Position numbers and translations under genes: made by a program. Under the pieces are notes generated by a model, which saw nothing but the letters and a program-made list of their open reading frames with translations, was not told where the DNA came from and searched no databases. A stretch of DNA of 35,244 nucleotides from a virus. Numbering within the stretch: the first letter of the stretch is position 1; every line of letters starts with the position of its first letter. This document shows, one piece after another, positions 18,811 to 26,930 of the stretch. The stretch is from the IMG/VR virus record IMGVR_UViG_3300010413_000100, positions 1-35,244 of that record; one strand, written 5' to 3'.

Positions 18811-19389
18811 ATGAGTAAAGATAAAACAGGTGCTTCCGATGGTGGCGATTCTGCAAACATCAAGAATGAAACTGAAGACAAAAAGCAAGGTGGTGATAAT
18901 AAGAACACCGAAACTTTAGAAGAACTTAAAAAAGTAAAAGCTGGACAAGATAAAAAAATTTCAGAACTTTTAGAGCAAAATCAAAAAGTTTTAGAACAAA
19001 ACAAAGTTTTATCAGAAACTTTGCAAGATATTAAAACAGAACAAGAAAAAAAAGCTTTAGAAGGTAAGACTGCAAAAGAGCAAAATGAAATTTTACAGAA
19101 CAAAGTTAAGCTTTATGAGAAAAAAGAAGTTTTTCGGAAGGCTTTTGAAAATTGTGAATTAAATGCAAATGAATGGGAAGAGATTGTTGATTGTCAAAAT
19201 TTTTCTAAAATGGCTACAAAAATTAAAGAAATTTTTGATAGAGAAAAAGAAAAATATTCAAACTCTAAACTTGAAGAATTTAAACTGACTAAATTAAAAG
19301 AAGTAGACAAAAATACACCCGACCCAAAAAATCCAAAAGATGAAAAAAATCTAAATTTGGATATTGCAAAAAAATTAAAAAATAATTAA
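18811..19389 (+). CDS. Capsid scaffolding protein
   Basis: Charged coiled-coil protein immediately before the MCP. Confidence 0.7.
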   Translation: MSKDKTGASDGGDSANIKNETEDKKQGGDNKNTETLEELKKVKAGQDKKISELLEQNQKVLEQNKVLSETLQDIKTEQEKKALEGKTAKEQNEILQNKVKLYEKKEVFRKAFENCELNANEWEEIVDCQNFSKMATKIKEIFDREKEKYSNSKLEEFKLTKLKEVDKNTPDPKNPKDEKNLNLDIAKKLKNN

Positions 19390-19406
19390 TTACAAAAGGA
19401 AAAAAA

Positions 19407-20399
19407 ATGCCAAATTACAATACTTTAAGAAGAATCAATTTTGCTAAGGAGCAACATGGTTTTATAAACGCATTTATGAATACAACTCCTTTATTTGATT
19501 TTGCACCAGCAAGTCCAACAAATAACGGTAAAATGCATAAATACGGAAAAATAATCAGTATAGGTCAACCAGTTCGGAGACGTGTTGCTGGCGGTTATGC
19601 TGAAGAAGACGTAAAAAGAATTAGTGAACAACTTCAATTAGTTCCATTTTCATATAAATATACTATGTCAAATGATTTAGTTAATGATTTATCAGTTGAA
19701 CAATTAATGAATCATATTATGGAAAATGAAGAATTAATCGGAAATGAATCGGCAAAATCATTTGAAGTTGAACAATATACAAAATTTTTAGATTTCGCTA
19801 AAGACAATCATAGAAAAGATTTTTATGGTACAAATTTAGGAGCTAAATTATTTGATGCCGGTGGAACTACTGACGGAGAAATGTATAATATAATTTTTGT
19901 AGCTTGGAAACAAGGCAAAATTAATATGTTATATAATCCAGCAATGAATCCAATGATTACAAATGATGTTTCTATTTTTAGAAAAGATTTAGTTGCTAAT
20001 GGTTCATTAGTTGAAATTGGTTCATATACAGAGGATAGCACATTATTCAAACAATATGGAAAAGTTATGTTGTATGATACAGCTATAGATTCTCTTTTAA
20101 ATGACCCACGTAAAATTACAGCTATTGTCAATATTCCTATTAATGTTTCTTCTTCTGATTTAAGAAAATTAATGGAAGATGCTTTAGAGGCTTGTTATCC
20201 TGAAGACGCTACAGCTATCACAATGCATTATCATAATGACTTAAGAAAGGTTATCAATGAAATTAAAACTGATAAACTTGAAATGAGACCAGAAGATAAA
20301 GCTTTTAATACAAGATATGACGTATTTAATGAAGCTGTTTTGATTAAATCAAGACAAATGTTAAAGGAACAAGACGTAATAACTGTTAGTGACGAATAA
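19407..20399 (+). CDS. Major capsid protein (BPP-1 Bbp17/epsilon15 gp7-like by motif)
   Basis: 330 aa after the scaffold. DAGGTTDGEMYNIIFVAW and DPRKITAIVNI resemble the DAGGTG...IWLV.W and DWR...RIANI motifs of that family. Confidence 0.75.
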   Translation: MPNYNTLRRINFAKEQHGFINAFMNTTPLFDFAPASPTNNGKMHKYGKIISIGQPVRRRVAGGYAEEDVKRISEQLQLVPFSYKYTMSNDLVNDLSVEQLMNHIMENEELIGNESAKSFEVEQYTKFLDFAKDNHRKDFYGTNLGAKLFDAGGTTDGEMYNIIFVAWKQGKINMLYNPAMNPMITNDVSIFRKDLVANGSLVEIGSYTEDSTLFKQYGKVMLYDTAIDSLLNDPRKITAIVNIPINVSSSDLRKLMEDALEACYPEDATAITMHYHNDLRKVINEIKTDKLEMRPEDKAFNTRYDVFNEAVLIKSRQMLKEQDVITVSDE

Positions 20400-20417
20400 T
20401 TAAAATAAAGGAAAAAT

Positions 20418-21176
20418 ATGTTAAAAAAAGTTAATTATAAAAAAGTTTGGAGTTCTCAAGAAGACGTATGCGCAGAAGACCAAACTTTAACTACATCTTA
20501 TGTATTAGGAAATACAGACGGAGCTTATGGAGCAGGTTATTTATTAGCTGGTGGTGATAAAGTAAAAGCTGGACTTATGCCTAAAGATTTGGATTTACAA
20601 CATCAGGCAACAGGTACAATAGCCTTTACTGATAATCCTAGCGCTGACGAAATCCTTACAATAAACGGTGTCGCATTCACTTTTGTTGCAAGCGGAGCTA
20701 CTGGAAATCAAATTAATATAGGTGGCGATTTGCCGGGAACTTTGGACAATATCATAGCTGTTTTAAATGCTTCAACTGATGAAGATGTCGCAAAGGCTAC
20801 TTATACTGAAGACGGAGTAGACACTTTAACAATTACTTATGATGAAGTAGGCGCAGAAGGTGAAGAGTTTTCAATTGCTTTTGATGGCGATGCTACTTTA
20901 TCAGGTGCTACTCTTGACGGTGCAGTTTCTCTAATTTCTATTAAATATGAAATGTATGGAGCAACAAAATCGGGTGGAGTTTTGACTCCTGATACTACTC
21001 TTCTTCAAACAATCACTCAAGAAGTTAGACTTGACGATAAATATGAAGATGAATTTATACCTTTGGCTGAACAGCAACTCGCTGTCAATGAAGAGATATT
21101 TTTAAAGGTTTATTTAAAAATTGATATATTGGCAAATAGCGGAGAAGTTGATGTAAGACTTGCATCTGTAGCTTAA
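20418..21176 (+). CDS. Putative capsid cement/decoration protein with inserted ~105-aa module
   Basis: Directly after the MCP; the internal module is homologous to a segment of the gpJ-like protein. Confidence 0.6.
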   Translation: MLKKVNYKKVWSSQEDVCAEDQTLTTSYVLGNTDGAYGAGYLLAGGDKVKAGLMPKDLDLQHQATGTIAFTDNPSADEILTINGVAFTFVASGATGNQINIGGDLPGTLDNIIAVLNASTDEDVAKATYTEDGVDTLTITYDEVGAEGEEFSIAFDGDATLSGATLDGAVSLISIKYEMYGATKSGGVLTPDTTLLQTITQEVRLDDKYEDEFIPLAEQQLAVNEEIFLKVYLKIDILANSGEVDVRLASVA

Positions 21177-21200
21177 TAATCCCCTTTTTTGAGGTTTTAA

Positions 21201-21980
21201 ATGAGCGAAAAAAAAATAAGTGAATTAGATTCTGTTGTAAGTGTTGATTATGATGATTTAGTTCCTACAGTCACAGACTTAACACCAAATGGCACAAAAA
21301 AAATAACAGTTGGAAATTTAGCGAAAAGTATGATTTCGCAAGATAGCGATAATCTTCTTGAAGATGATACAAATGGATTGATTAAAGCCGATGCCGATAA
21401 TCTTATAAGTTCTGATAGTGATAATTTACTGGAAAAAAGTTCTGTAGACCAAAAATTAAAAGCCGATGCCGATAATCTTATAAGTTCTGACGCCGATAAT
21501 TTGCTTGAAAAGGGCACAGATGAAAAATTATATGTAAGTCAAACTGTTCCTGATGCAAGCACTACTGTAAAAGGTATTATTGAAATAGCAACAAATGCAG
21601 AAGTTATTGCGGGAACAGATAGCTCAAGAGCGATTGTAGCAACAGCTTTAAAATCTTTATTTAATGGAACAAGTAGAGCTTCAAATGGATATATGAGATT
21701 ACCAGTGGGGATTGGTGCTGGTTTTGATGAAATAATTATACAATGGGGAATTTCTGCAACAATAGCAACTGATTCTGAAGTTACAGTAACTTTACCTTTA
21801 ACTTTTCCAAATGCTATATTCAATGTACAAGCTACAGGAATTCAAGCAAGTTATTTTACAGGAAGTAGTACTATATATTGGGATAGCGCAGCATCGTCTA
21901 CATCACAAATTGTATTAGGAAACGATTCGAATGGTGGCGGAGGTGCTTTAACAGCTTCTTGGATTGCAATAGGATATTAA
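21201..21980 (+). CDS. Tail fibre protein
   Basis: DSDNLL repeats, fibre repeat ASTTVKGIIEIATNAEVIAGTD, and gp53-like C-terminus GYMRLP...IIQWG...LPLTFPNA. Confidence 0.8.
   Translation: MSEKKISELDSVVSVDYDDLVPTVTDLTPNGTKKITVGNLAKSMISQDSDNLLEDDTNGLIKADADNLISSDSDNLLEKSSVDQKLKADADNLISSDADNLLEKGTDEKLYVSQTVPDASTTVKGIIEIATNAEVIAGTDSSRAIVATALKSLFNGTSRASNGYMRLPVGIGAGFDEIIIQWGISATIATDSEVTVTLPLTFPNAIFNVQATGIQASYFTGSSTIYWDSAASSTSQIVLGNDSNGGGGALTASWIAIGY
21384..21490 (+). repeat. 75-nt-period tandem duplication inside the tail fibre gene
   Basis: Exact 32-nt copies at 21384-21415 and 21459-21490 (KADADNLISSD). Confidence 0.9.
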
Positions 21981-21988
21981 TAATAAGT

Positions 21989-22135
21989 ATGATAGAAAAA
22001 AAAATAAAGTTTATTGATATTGAAAATATACCACAAAAAATTAAAGATAAAGTAATTGAATGTAAAAAGGAAATAGAAGAAATTAAACTTATAAATAATA
22101 AAGAAGATTTAAAAAAATATGAAAATTTTATTTAA
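21989..22135 (+). CDS. 48-aa ORF after the fibre gene (possible fibre-assembly protein; not in ORF track)
   Basis: MIEKKIKFIDIENIPQKIKDKVIECKKEIEEIKLINNKEDLKKYENFI fills the intergenic gap. Confidence 0.45.
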   Translation: MIEKKIKFIDIENIPQKIKDKVIECKKEIEEIKLINNKEDLKKYENFI

Positions 22136-22154
22136 TTAAAAATAAAGGAAAAAT

Positions 22155-22448
22155 ATGTCGAGAAAATTATTACAACCAAATGTAGTTTATAAAAGAAAAG
22201 AAATTTTTGATAGTAAACTCAATCCTTCTTTATATATAAGTGAAGGTACAATAAATATTTATAATGCTAATGTTGATGAATTGGGTAAAGATGACCCACA
22301 AAGTAAAAATGATATGGTTATTGATGAAGCTTCTCCTTTGAGCGCTGGAACTTATCCTATAGATACTAACACAGATTTTATTTTATATGAGATAGCTTCA
22401 GGAAATCCAAATAGTCAAAAAGTTATTAGTAAAAATGTTGTTGAGTAA
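22155..22448 (+). CDS. Hypothetical virion-associated protein
   Basis: 97-aa ORF with AAGGA SD in the fibre cluster. Confidence 0.65.
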   Translation: MSRKLLQPNVVYKRKEIFDSKLNPSLYISEGTINIYNANVDELGKDDPQSKNDMVIDEASPLSAGTYPIDTNTDFILYEIASGNPNSQKVISKNVVE

Positions 22449-22551
22449 GCATAATGAGTACTATTTTTAAACAAAATAAAAATTCTATTTTTTCAGGAAC
22501 AAGGAAAAAATAATATAAAATTATTTAATTTAATATTATTAGGTAAAATTA

Positions 22552-24114
22552 ATGGGAATTATAAAAAATGCAAGTTCAGTCAGATTAAATATAAATAAAT
22601 TTACAGCTGGAACAATCAAACAAACGGATTCCAATGTAGAGAGGGCTTTACTTTCTCTTGATAATGCAATTAGTATTGTTGTAGGCGGTGTTGTATATCG
22701 TGGAACATGGAACGCTAACACAAACAATCCAACAATAGTAAGTAGCACAGGAACTAAAGGAGATTATTATGTAGTTTCTGTAGAAGGCACAACAGAAATT
22801 GATGGTATTTCAAATTGGAAAGTTGGAGATTGGATTATTTTTAATGGTTCAATTTGGCAAAAAGTTGATAATCAAGATATTTCAGCAGTTTGGGGAAATA
22901 TTTCAGGCAATTTATCTAATCAAACAGATTTACAAAATGCTTTAAATTTAAAAGCTGATGATGCTCTTGTTTTGAAAAAAGATGGTTCAGTTGCTTTAAC
23001 AGCAAATTGGAACGCTGGGGCTTTTAAAATTACAGCAGGTAGTTTGGAGGTTTCTGGTACAAATAATCTTATTTTAAATAGTGAAACTTTAAATCATGAT
23101 GGGCAAGGTTTTAAATTTAGTGATAAAATTTTTGTTCCTTCTGGTTCAGTTGCTTCAACTTCAATCACAAGAAGTTTTAATATAAATACTGGTATTTGGT
23201 TTTCCGATGTAGATACTTTAAATATATCTACTGGAGGTGTAGAAAGATTTGAAATAGACAATACAGAAGCAACATTTACTCTCCCTGTTCAAGCAACAAA
23301 ATATATAATAGGTGGTTCAGATGTTTTGACCTCAACGACTTTAGGTTCTAATATAGTAAACTCAAGTTTGACAAATGTTGGGACATTAACCTCTTTGAAT
23401 GTAGATAATATAAATATAGATGGAAATACTATAAGTGCTACTAGTGGCGCATTACAAATGGGTTCAACTATAATAACCACAGGCGCAGGAATTTTAAACT
23501 TTGGTGGACTTGGTGGGGGCACAGCTTCCGTTATAGTTTTTGCTGAAGGCGCTGATGATGATTTCACTATTGGATATAATGGAGTTGGTTCTGGAGCTGA
23601 TAATTATTTGTGGATTAGTTCTGATTTAGGTGCTTCAACTGAAACTTTTCGTATTTATGGAGATGGCAGATTTTTCACAATCGATGTAAAAGATGATACA
23701 ACTTCTTCTTCTGCTAATGGATATATTGACCCAACAACTGGACAATGGCGTAGGTCAACATGTGGAGAATTTTGGAAAAATATTATTGAAAAATGGACGC
23801 CGGATTTAGATAATTATAAAAATATTCAAGTTTTAAGATTTACTGAAAAATTAACAGGAAAACTTGGAGTTTCATTTATTGGTAATGAAAATAATTATAA
23901 TCTTTATCCAGAAACAGTAATTAAAGCAAAAGTTAAAGTTGATAAAAACAATAATTTGATTCAAAAAACTTTTGATAAAAATGGAAAAGAAATAATAAAA
24001 GGAATTGAAAAAGAAATATATGATAATGTCAATTGGAATGCTTTAAATTCATTAACAATTCTTAAAGTTCAAGAATTAGAAGAAAGAATAATAAATTTGG
24101 AGAAAATTGCTTAA
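22552..24114 (+). CDS. Tail fibre/spike with C-terminal intramolecular chaperone (peptidase S74-like) domain
   Basis: YRGTWNA...GDYYVV...WKVGDWIIFNG module, Gly/Thr/Ser-rich shaft, and C-terminal YPETV...VNWNAL...VQELEERIINLE coiled coil. Confidence 0.75.
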   Translation: MGIIKNASSVRLNINKFTAGTIKQTDSNVERALLSLDNAISIVVGGVVYRGTWNANTNNPTIVSSTGTKGDYYVVSVEGTTEIDGISNWKVGDWIIFNGSIWQKVDNQDISAVWGNISGNLSNQTDLQNALNLKADDALVLKKDGSVALTANWNAGAFKITAGSLEVSGTNNLILNSETLNHDGQGFKFSDKIFVPSGSVASTSITRSFNINTGIWFSDVDTLNISTGGVERFEIDNTEATFTLPVQATKYIIGGSDVLTSTTLGSNIVNSSLTNVGTLTSLNVDNINIDGNTISATSGALQMGSTIITTGAGILNFGGLGGGTASVIVFAEGADDDFTIGYNGVGSGADNYLWISSDLGASTETFRIYGDGRFFTIDVKDDTTSSSANGYIDPTTGQWRRSTCGEFWKNIIEKWTPDLDNYKNIQVLRFTEKLTGKLGVSFIGNENNYNLYPETVIKAKVKVDKNNNLIQKTFDKNGKEIIKGIEKEIYDNVNWNALNSLTILKVQELEERIINLEKIA

Positions 24115-24145
24115 TTATTAATATTAATTATATAAAGGAAAATTT

Positions 24146-24652
24146 ATGAAAATAGAAATAAAAATAAAAGATTTAATAGATATTGTAATACCATCAATAA
24201 GCGAATTAAGAAGAAATATAGAATATAATAATCTCATCTTAGTAAAAAATATAATAACTTTAGGATATAGACTTGATAAGTCAGCTAAAGTATATAACGA
24301 ACTTATAAATAATATTAGTAAAAAAATTGATAAAGAATTAAAGGAAATAAAAGAATTAAAGGAATCAGAATTATCAAAAATAAATAATAAAGAATTAAAA
24401 GAGATTAAAGAAAAAAAATATGAAAACAAGATGCAAGAATTGGTAAATAAATATAATAAACAAATTGAAGATTTTAAAGAAAAGGAAACTGTTTCCTTTG
24501 ATTATGATAAAAAATTCAAATTAAGTGAATTAGAAAAATCAATAGCTTCAGAATCTTATAAATGTCTTATTCTCGAAGGTTTATTAAATTTAGGTCTTAT
24601 TGATGAAGAAAATGAAGAGAAATCTAAATCAAAAGAAAAAGAGGAAAAATGA
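24146..24652 (+). CDS. Coiled-coil hypothetical protein with KELKEIKE repeats
   Basis: 168-aa ORF after the spike gene. Confidence 0.65.
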   Translation: MKIEIKIKDLIDIVIPSISELRRNIEYNNLILVKNIITLGYRLDKSAKVYNELINNISKKIDKELKEIKELKESELSKINNKELKEIKEKKYENKMQELVNKYNKQIEDFKEKETVSFDYDKKFKLSELEKSIASESYKCLILEGLLNLGLIDEENEEKSKSKEKEEK

Positions 24653-24680
24653 AAATTGTAATTAATAAATTCAAAATAAA

Positions 24681-25004
24681 ATGGAACAACTATCAGTAAA
24701 TCAATTATCAAGTGCTATAGTTTTAATAACTTCAATAGGGGCTATTTATGGAGGTTTTTGGGCAATAATTAAATCTGCAATAAAACCAATGCAAATCAAA
24801 ATTGAAAATATTGAAAAGAAAGTTATGCCGACAATAAATGCCATGAAAACTTTTCTGTCAAGTAAAGGAGTGAAAATTCAACCTAAAACTGGGGAATATA
24901 TTGGAGATTTATCAAATTTATATGATGCTGAAGAAGATGAATTTGTTGATAAAATGAGAATTATACTTGATGAATTTCATTCAGATATTGACGATAATAT
25001 TTAA
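24681..25004 (+). CDS. Single-TM membrane protein, holin/antiholin candidate
   Basis: N-terminal hydrophobic helix, acidic C-terminus, located at the start of the lysis region. Confidence 0.5.
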   Translation: MEQLSVNQLSSAIVLITSIGAIYGGFWAIIKSAIKPMQIKIENIEKKVMPTINAMKTFLSSKGVKIQPKTGEYIGDLSNLYDAEEDEFVDKMRIILDEFHSDIDDNI

Positions 25005-25010
25005 AAATTT

Positions 25011-25226
25011 ATGAAAAAATTTAATTTAAAATGGATTAATTTTAAGCTAACTTTAAATTTTACAAACTTAACTGGATTTGTAATTTTAATGTTAAGTTGC
25101 TATAATAATTTCAATAATGCCGGTTTGACTGCAGGTGTTAGTTTAATGAGTATTAGAAAAGTTTGTGAGGTAGGCGGGGAATGGACAAAGAGAAAAAAGA
25201 AGGGTTTAGGACGGATAGATTTGTAA
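25011..25226 (+). CDS. Small membrane protein, holin candidate
   Basis: Two moderately hydrophobic segments and a basic C-terminus. Confidence 0.45.
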   Translation: MKKFNLKWINFKLTLNFTNLTGFVILMLSCYNNFNNAGLTAGVSLMSIRKVCEVGGEWTKRKKKGLGRIDL

Positions 25227-25366
25227 TAGCATTAATTTTAATAATGTTGTTGTTTCATTATGCTACAAATTTGCAAAATCAAAAAATATATATGAAAACC
25301 TTAAATTTACTTGAGTTATCAATTTCAAGTCTAAACGACCATAGAGCAATTGAAAATGGTTATTAA
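25181..25366 (+). CDS. Small single-TM protein
   Basis: FVIALILIMLLFHY helix; overlaps the 25011 ORF. Confidence 0.5.
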   Translation: MDKEKKEGFRTDRFVIALILIMLLFHYATNLQNQKIYMKTLNLLELSISSLNDHRAIENGY

Positions 25367-25454
25367 CAAACAATAAACTTATGAATAAATTAATAACTAC
25401 AATATATAAATTTTTTAAATCATTATTTTGTAAAGATGTGGAGATTAAGTAAAA

Positions 25455-25661
25455 ATGAGTAAAATAAAAGACAAAATTTTTACCTTTTTAGGAATTTATC
25501 TATTAATAGAACTTCTTAAACAATATTTCATAAATAAAGGCAAAAAGTATGAAAGGCAAAAAAACAATAAAAAACAACTTAATTTACTTAAAAAAGCTAA
25601 TTCTATTCGTAAGCGTAAGCCTAATTCTGACAAGTTGCGTAAGAAATACCGGAATAACTGA
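25455..25661 (+). CDS. i-spanin (Rz-like)
   Basis: N-terminal TM followed by a basic helical region; overlapped out of frame by a lipoprotein gene. Confidence 0.7.
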   Translation: MSKIKDKIFTFLGIYLLIELLKQYFINKGKKYERQKNNKKQLNLLKKANSIRKRKPNSDKLRKKYRNN

Positions 25662-25875
25662 TTTTTGCTTATTAGATGAACCAGTAGAAAATACCTGTCC
25701 TTTAAAAAGAGATTTTAGAAGAAATAAAACGTCTATTAGAAGATGTAGAAAAGAAAATAAAGACTTTTCAAAAGAAAGATGTTTAAGAGAATTATATCCA
25801 GCTGTTTTTGATACTGAAAAAACTTGTAAGAATTTAGATAAACACAACAATCTTTATTATGAGTTATGCGAATAA
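25549..25875 (+). CDS. o-spanin (Rz1-like) lipoprotein
   Basis: Signal peptide with lipobox LTSC; DFC...HN..Y..LC pattern; starts inside the i-spanin gene. Confidence 0.75.
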   Translation: MKGKKTIKNNLIYLKKLILFVSVSLILTSCVRNTGITDFCLLDEPVENTCPLKRDFRRNKTSIRRCRKENKDFSKERCLRELYPAVFDTEKTCKNLDKHNNLYYELCE

Positions 25876-25901
25876 AAAACGGAGGTCTTTTACCTCCGTT
25901 T
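25874..25901. terminator. Intrinsic, probably bidirectional terminator
   Basis: AAACGGAGGT-CTTTT-ACCTCCGTTT 10-bp stem preceded by an A run; lies between convergent genes. Confidence 0.8.
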
Positions 25902-25943
25902 AACATATATTTATTTTCCAACAAAGTTAATTTTAACTATTAA

Positions 25944-26369
25944 TTAAAATCTTTCAATAGTTCTTCCATCTTCTTTTATCAAGTAACCTTTTCCATCAAA
26001 AACTATGCATTTTACAGGAGAAGGATTTTCGTCGTCTTCTGTATAAGTGATAACTTTAAACTCTGGCAATTTTATCGCACCTTTTGAGTGTACTGTTTGA
26101 TTTACTTTTTCATATTCAACAGCGTCAAACTCTGGAACTTCATAGGTATGTAATCCTTTGCCTCCAGAAATAGATAGAAATCCATTTTTTCTTTCCCATT
26201 CTTCAATTTTCCAAGCATATTTATTTTTAATAATAAAGGTTGGATTGTTGCAATAAGTTTTAAAAGTATTAATTGTTGTGATTAAAGAGAACTTGCTTTT
26301 ATCTGATATAGGAAAATATCTAAATCCGTTTTTTCCATCTTCAATAGTTTCAATTTTAAAATAACTCAT
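25944..26369 (-). CDS. Hypothetical protein inverted within the lysis region
   Basis: 141-aa ORF with GAGG SD; C-terminal GYLIKEDGRTIERF resembles a small phage protein family of unknown function. Confidence 0.8.
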   Translation of the reverse strand: MSYFKIETIEDGKNGFRYFPISDKSKFSLITTINTFKTYCNNPTFIIKNKYAWKIEEWERKNGFLSISGGKGLHTYEVPEFDAVEYEKVNQTVHSKGAIKLPEFKVITYTEDDENPSPVKCIVFDGKGYLIKEDGRTIERF

Positions 26370-26485
26370 AATAAATACCTCAATAAATAATTAATATAAA
26401 ATAATAAATAATAAATAATGCAGTGGTACGAAATATCGAACCACCGGTAATTTTTTCTGCATAAGGCAGATAGTCATCAAAATTG

Positions 26486-26528
26486 ATTCTATTCTTTACT
26501 TTTTATAAAATCAATATATTATATTGAT
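26486..26528 (-). promoter_or_regulatory. Leftward promoter TTGATT-N17-TAGAAT with overlapping palindromic operator
   Basis: -35 at 26509-26514 and -10 at 26486-26491. The perfect inverted repeat ATCAATAT-N3-ATATTGAT at 26510-26528 covers the -35. Confidence 0.55.
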
Positions 26529-26557
26529 ATCTATTATAATATATCATAGATTCCTTG

Positions 26558-26584
26558 ACCTTCTATTTAATAGAGGGTTTTTTT
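26558..26584 (+). terminator. Intrinsic terminator insulating the endolysin promoter
   Basis: ACCTTCTAT/ATAGAGGGT 9-bp stem (one G-U) followed by a T run. Confidence 0.75.
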
Positions 26585-26585
26585 A

Positions 26586-26613
26586 TTGAAAAAAAAAGAA
26601 AATCATTTACAAT
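26586..26613 (+). promoter_or_regulatory. Sigma70-like promoter TTGAAA-N16-TACAAT
   Basis: -35 at 26586-26591 and -10 at 26608-26613. The predicted +1 (~26620) is the first base of a 12-bp helix. Confidence 0.65.
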
Positions 26614-26619
26614 CAAACT

Positions 26620-26930
26620 ATCAGCTTTAATTCGTCTAAGGATTAGGATTTGATTTGTCAAGGTGCAGGGGTGTAAAGACCTGCATTAAAGTTGATTGAG
26701 TTAACAAGATGCAAGAAATAATAATGACACGAAGGACAAGGCTGGCGAGTTGCAAATCAAAAGTCCACTGTATACGAGAAGAGAGGATACTTCGCTTTCG
26801 TAAGTAAGTTCAAAGCCTCTTATTTCTTTCATAGGCTACTAACAAGCCTGCACGATGTTAGATTAATCCGATGTATATTGCGGATACTGGGGCTTAGCCT
26901 TTATGCTCGCAACAGAAAAAGGCGAAAAGA
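26620..26930 (+). ncRNA. Candidate ~310-nt structured RNA / endolysin leader with several pseudoknots (family not recognised)
   Basis: GC-enriched non-coding island. Helices found by eye: 26620-31/26685-96, 26665-69/26680-84, 26649-58/26752-61, 26738-43/26896-901, 26745-50/26905-10, 26761-66/26890-95, 26791-98/26919-26. Confidence 0.65.

Noticed and set aside
21201-24114. Diversity-generating retroelement or invertible fibre cassette
   Set aside because: No reverse transcriptase, no TR/VR pair differing at adenines, and no invertase or flanking inverted sites; the repeats seen are simple tandem duplications.
26419-26478. tRNA-like GGTTCGAT motif on the minus strand; GGGGGAACTGGTGGAATT at 33192 also looked tRNA-like
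   Set aside because: Neither can be folded into a cloverleaf with acceptor, D and anticodon arms.
26709-26807. 32-codon ORF MQEIIMTRRTRLASCKSKVHCIREERILRFRK inside the RNA
   Set aside because: No SD, atypical codon usage, and it overlaps the paired segments. Probably incidental, though a leader peptide cannot be fully excluded.
26620-26930. RNase P RNA resemblance (AAAGUCC ... GGCUUA followed by a closing helix)
   Set aside because: It lacks the GAGGAAAGUCC context, the ACARAA element before P4 and the P1-P2-P4 nesting order; the similarity is only 6-7 nt per motif. A cmscan would settle it.
26620-26930. tmRNA or group I/II intron identity for the large RNA
   Set aside because: No tRNA-like T-arm/CCA end or credible tag ORF, no P7 GACUA/UAGUC core in the right order, and no GUGYG start or domain V.
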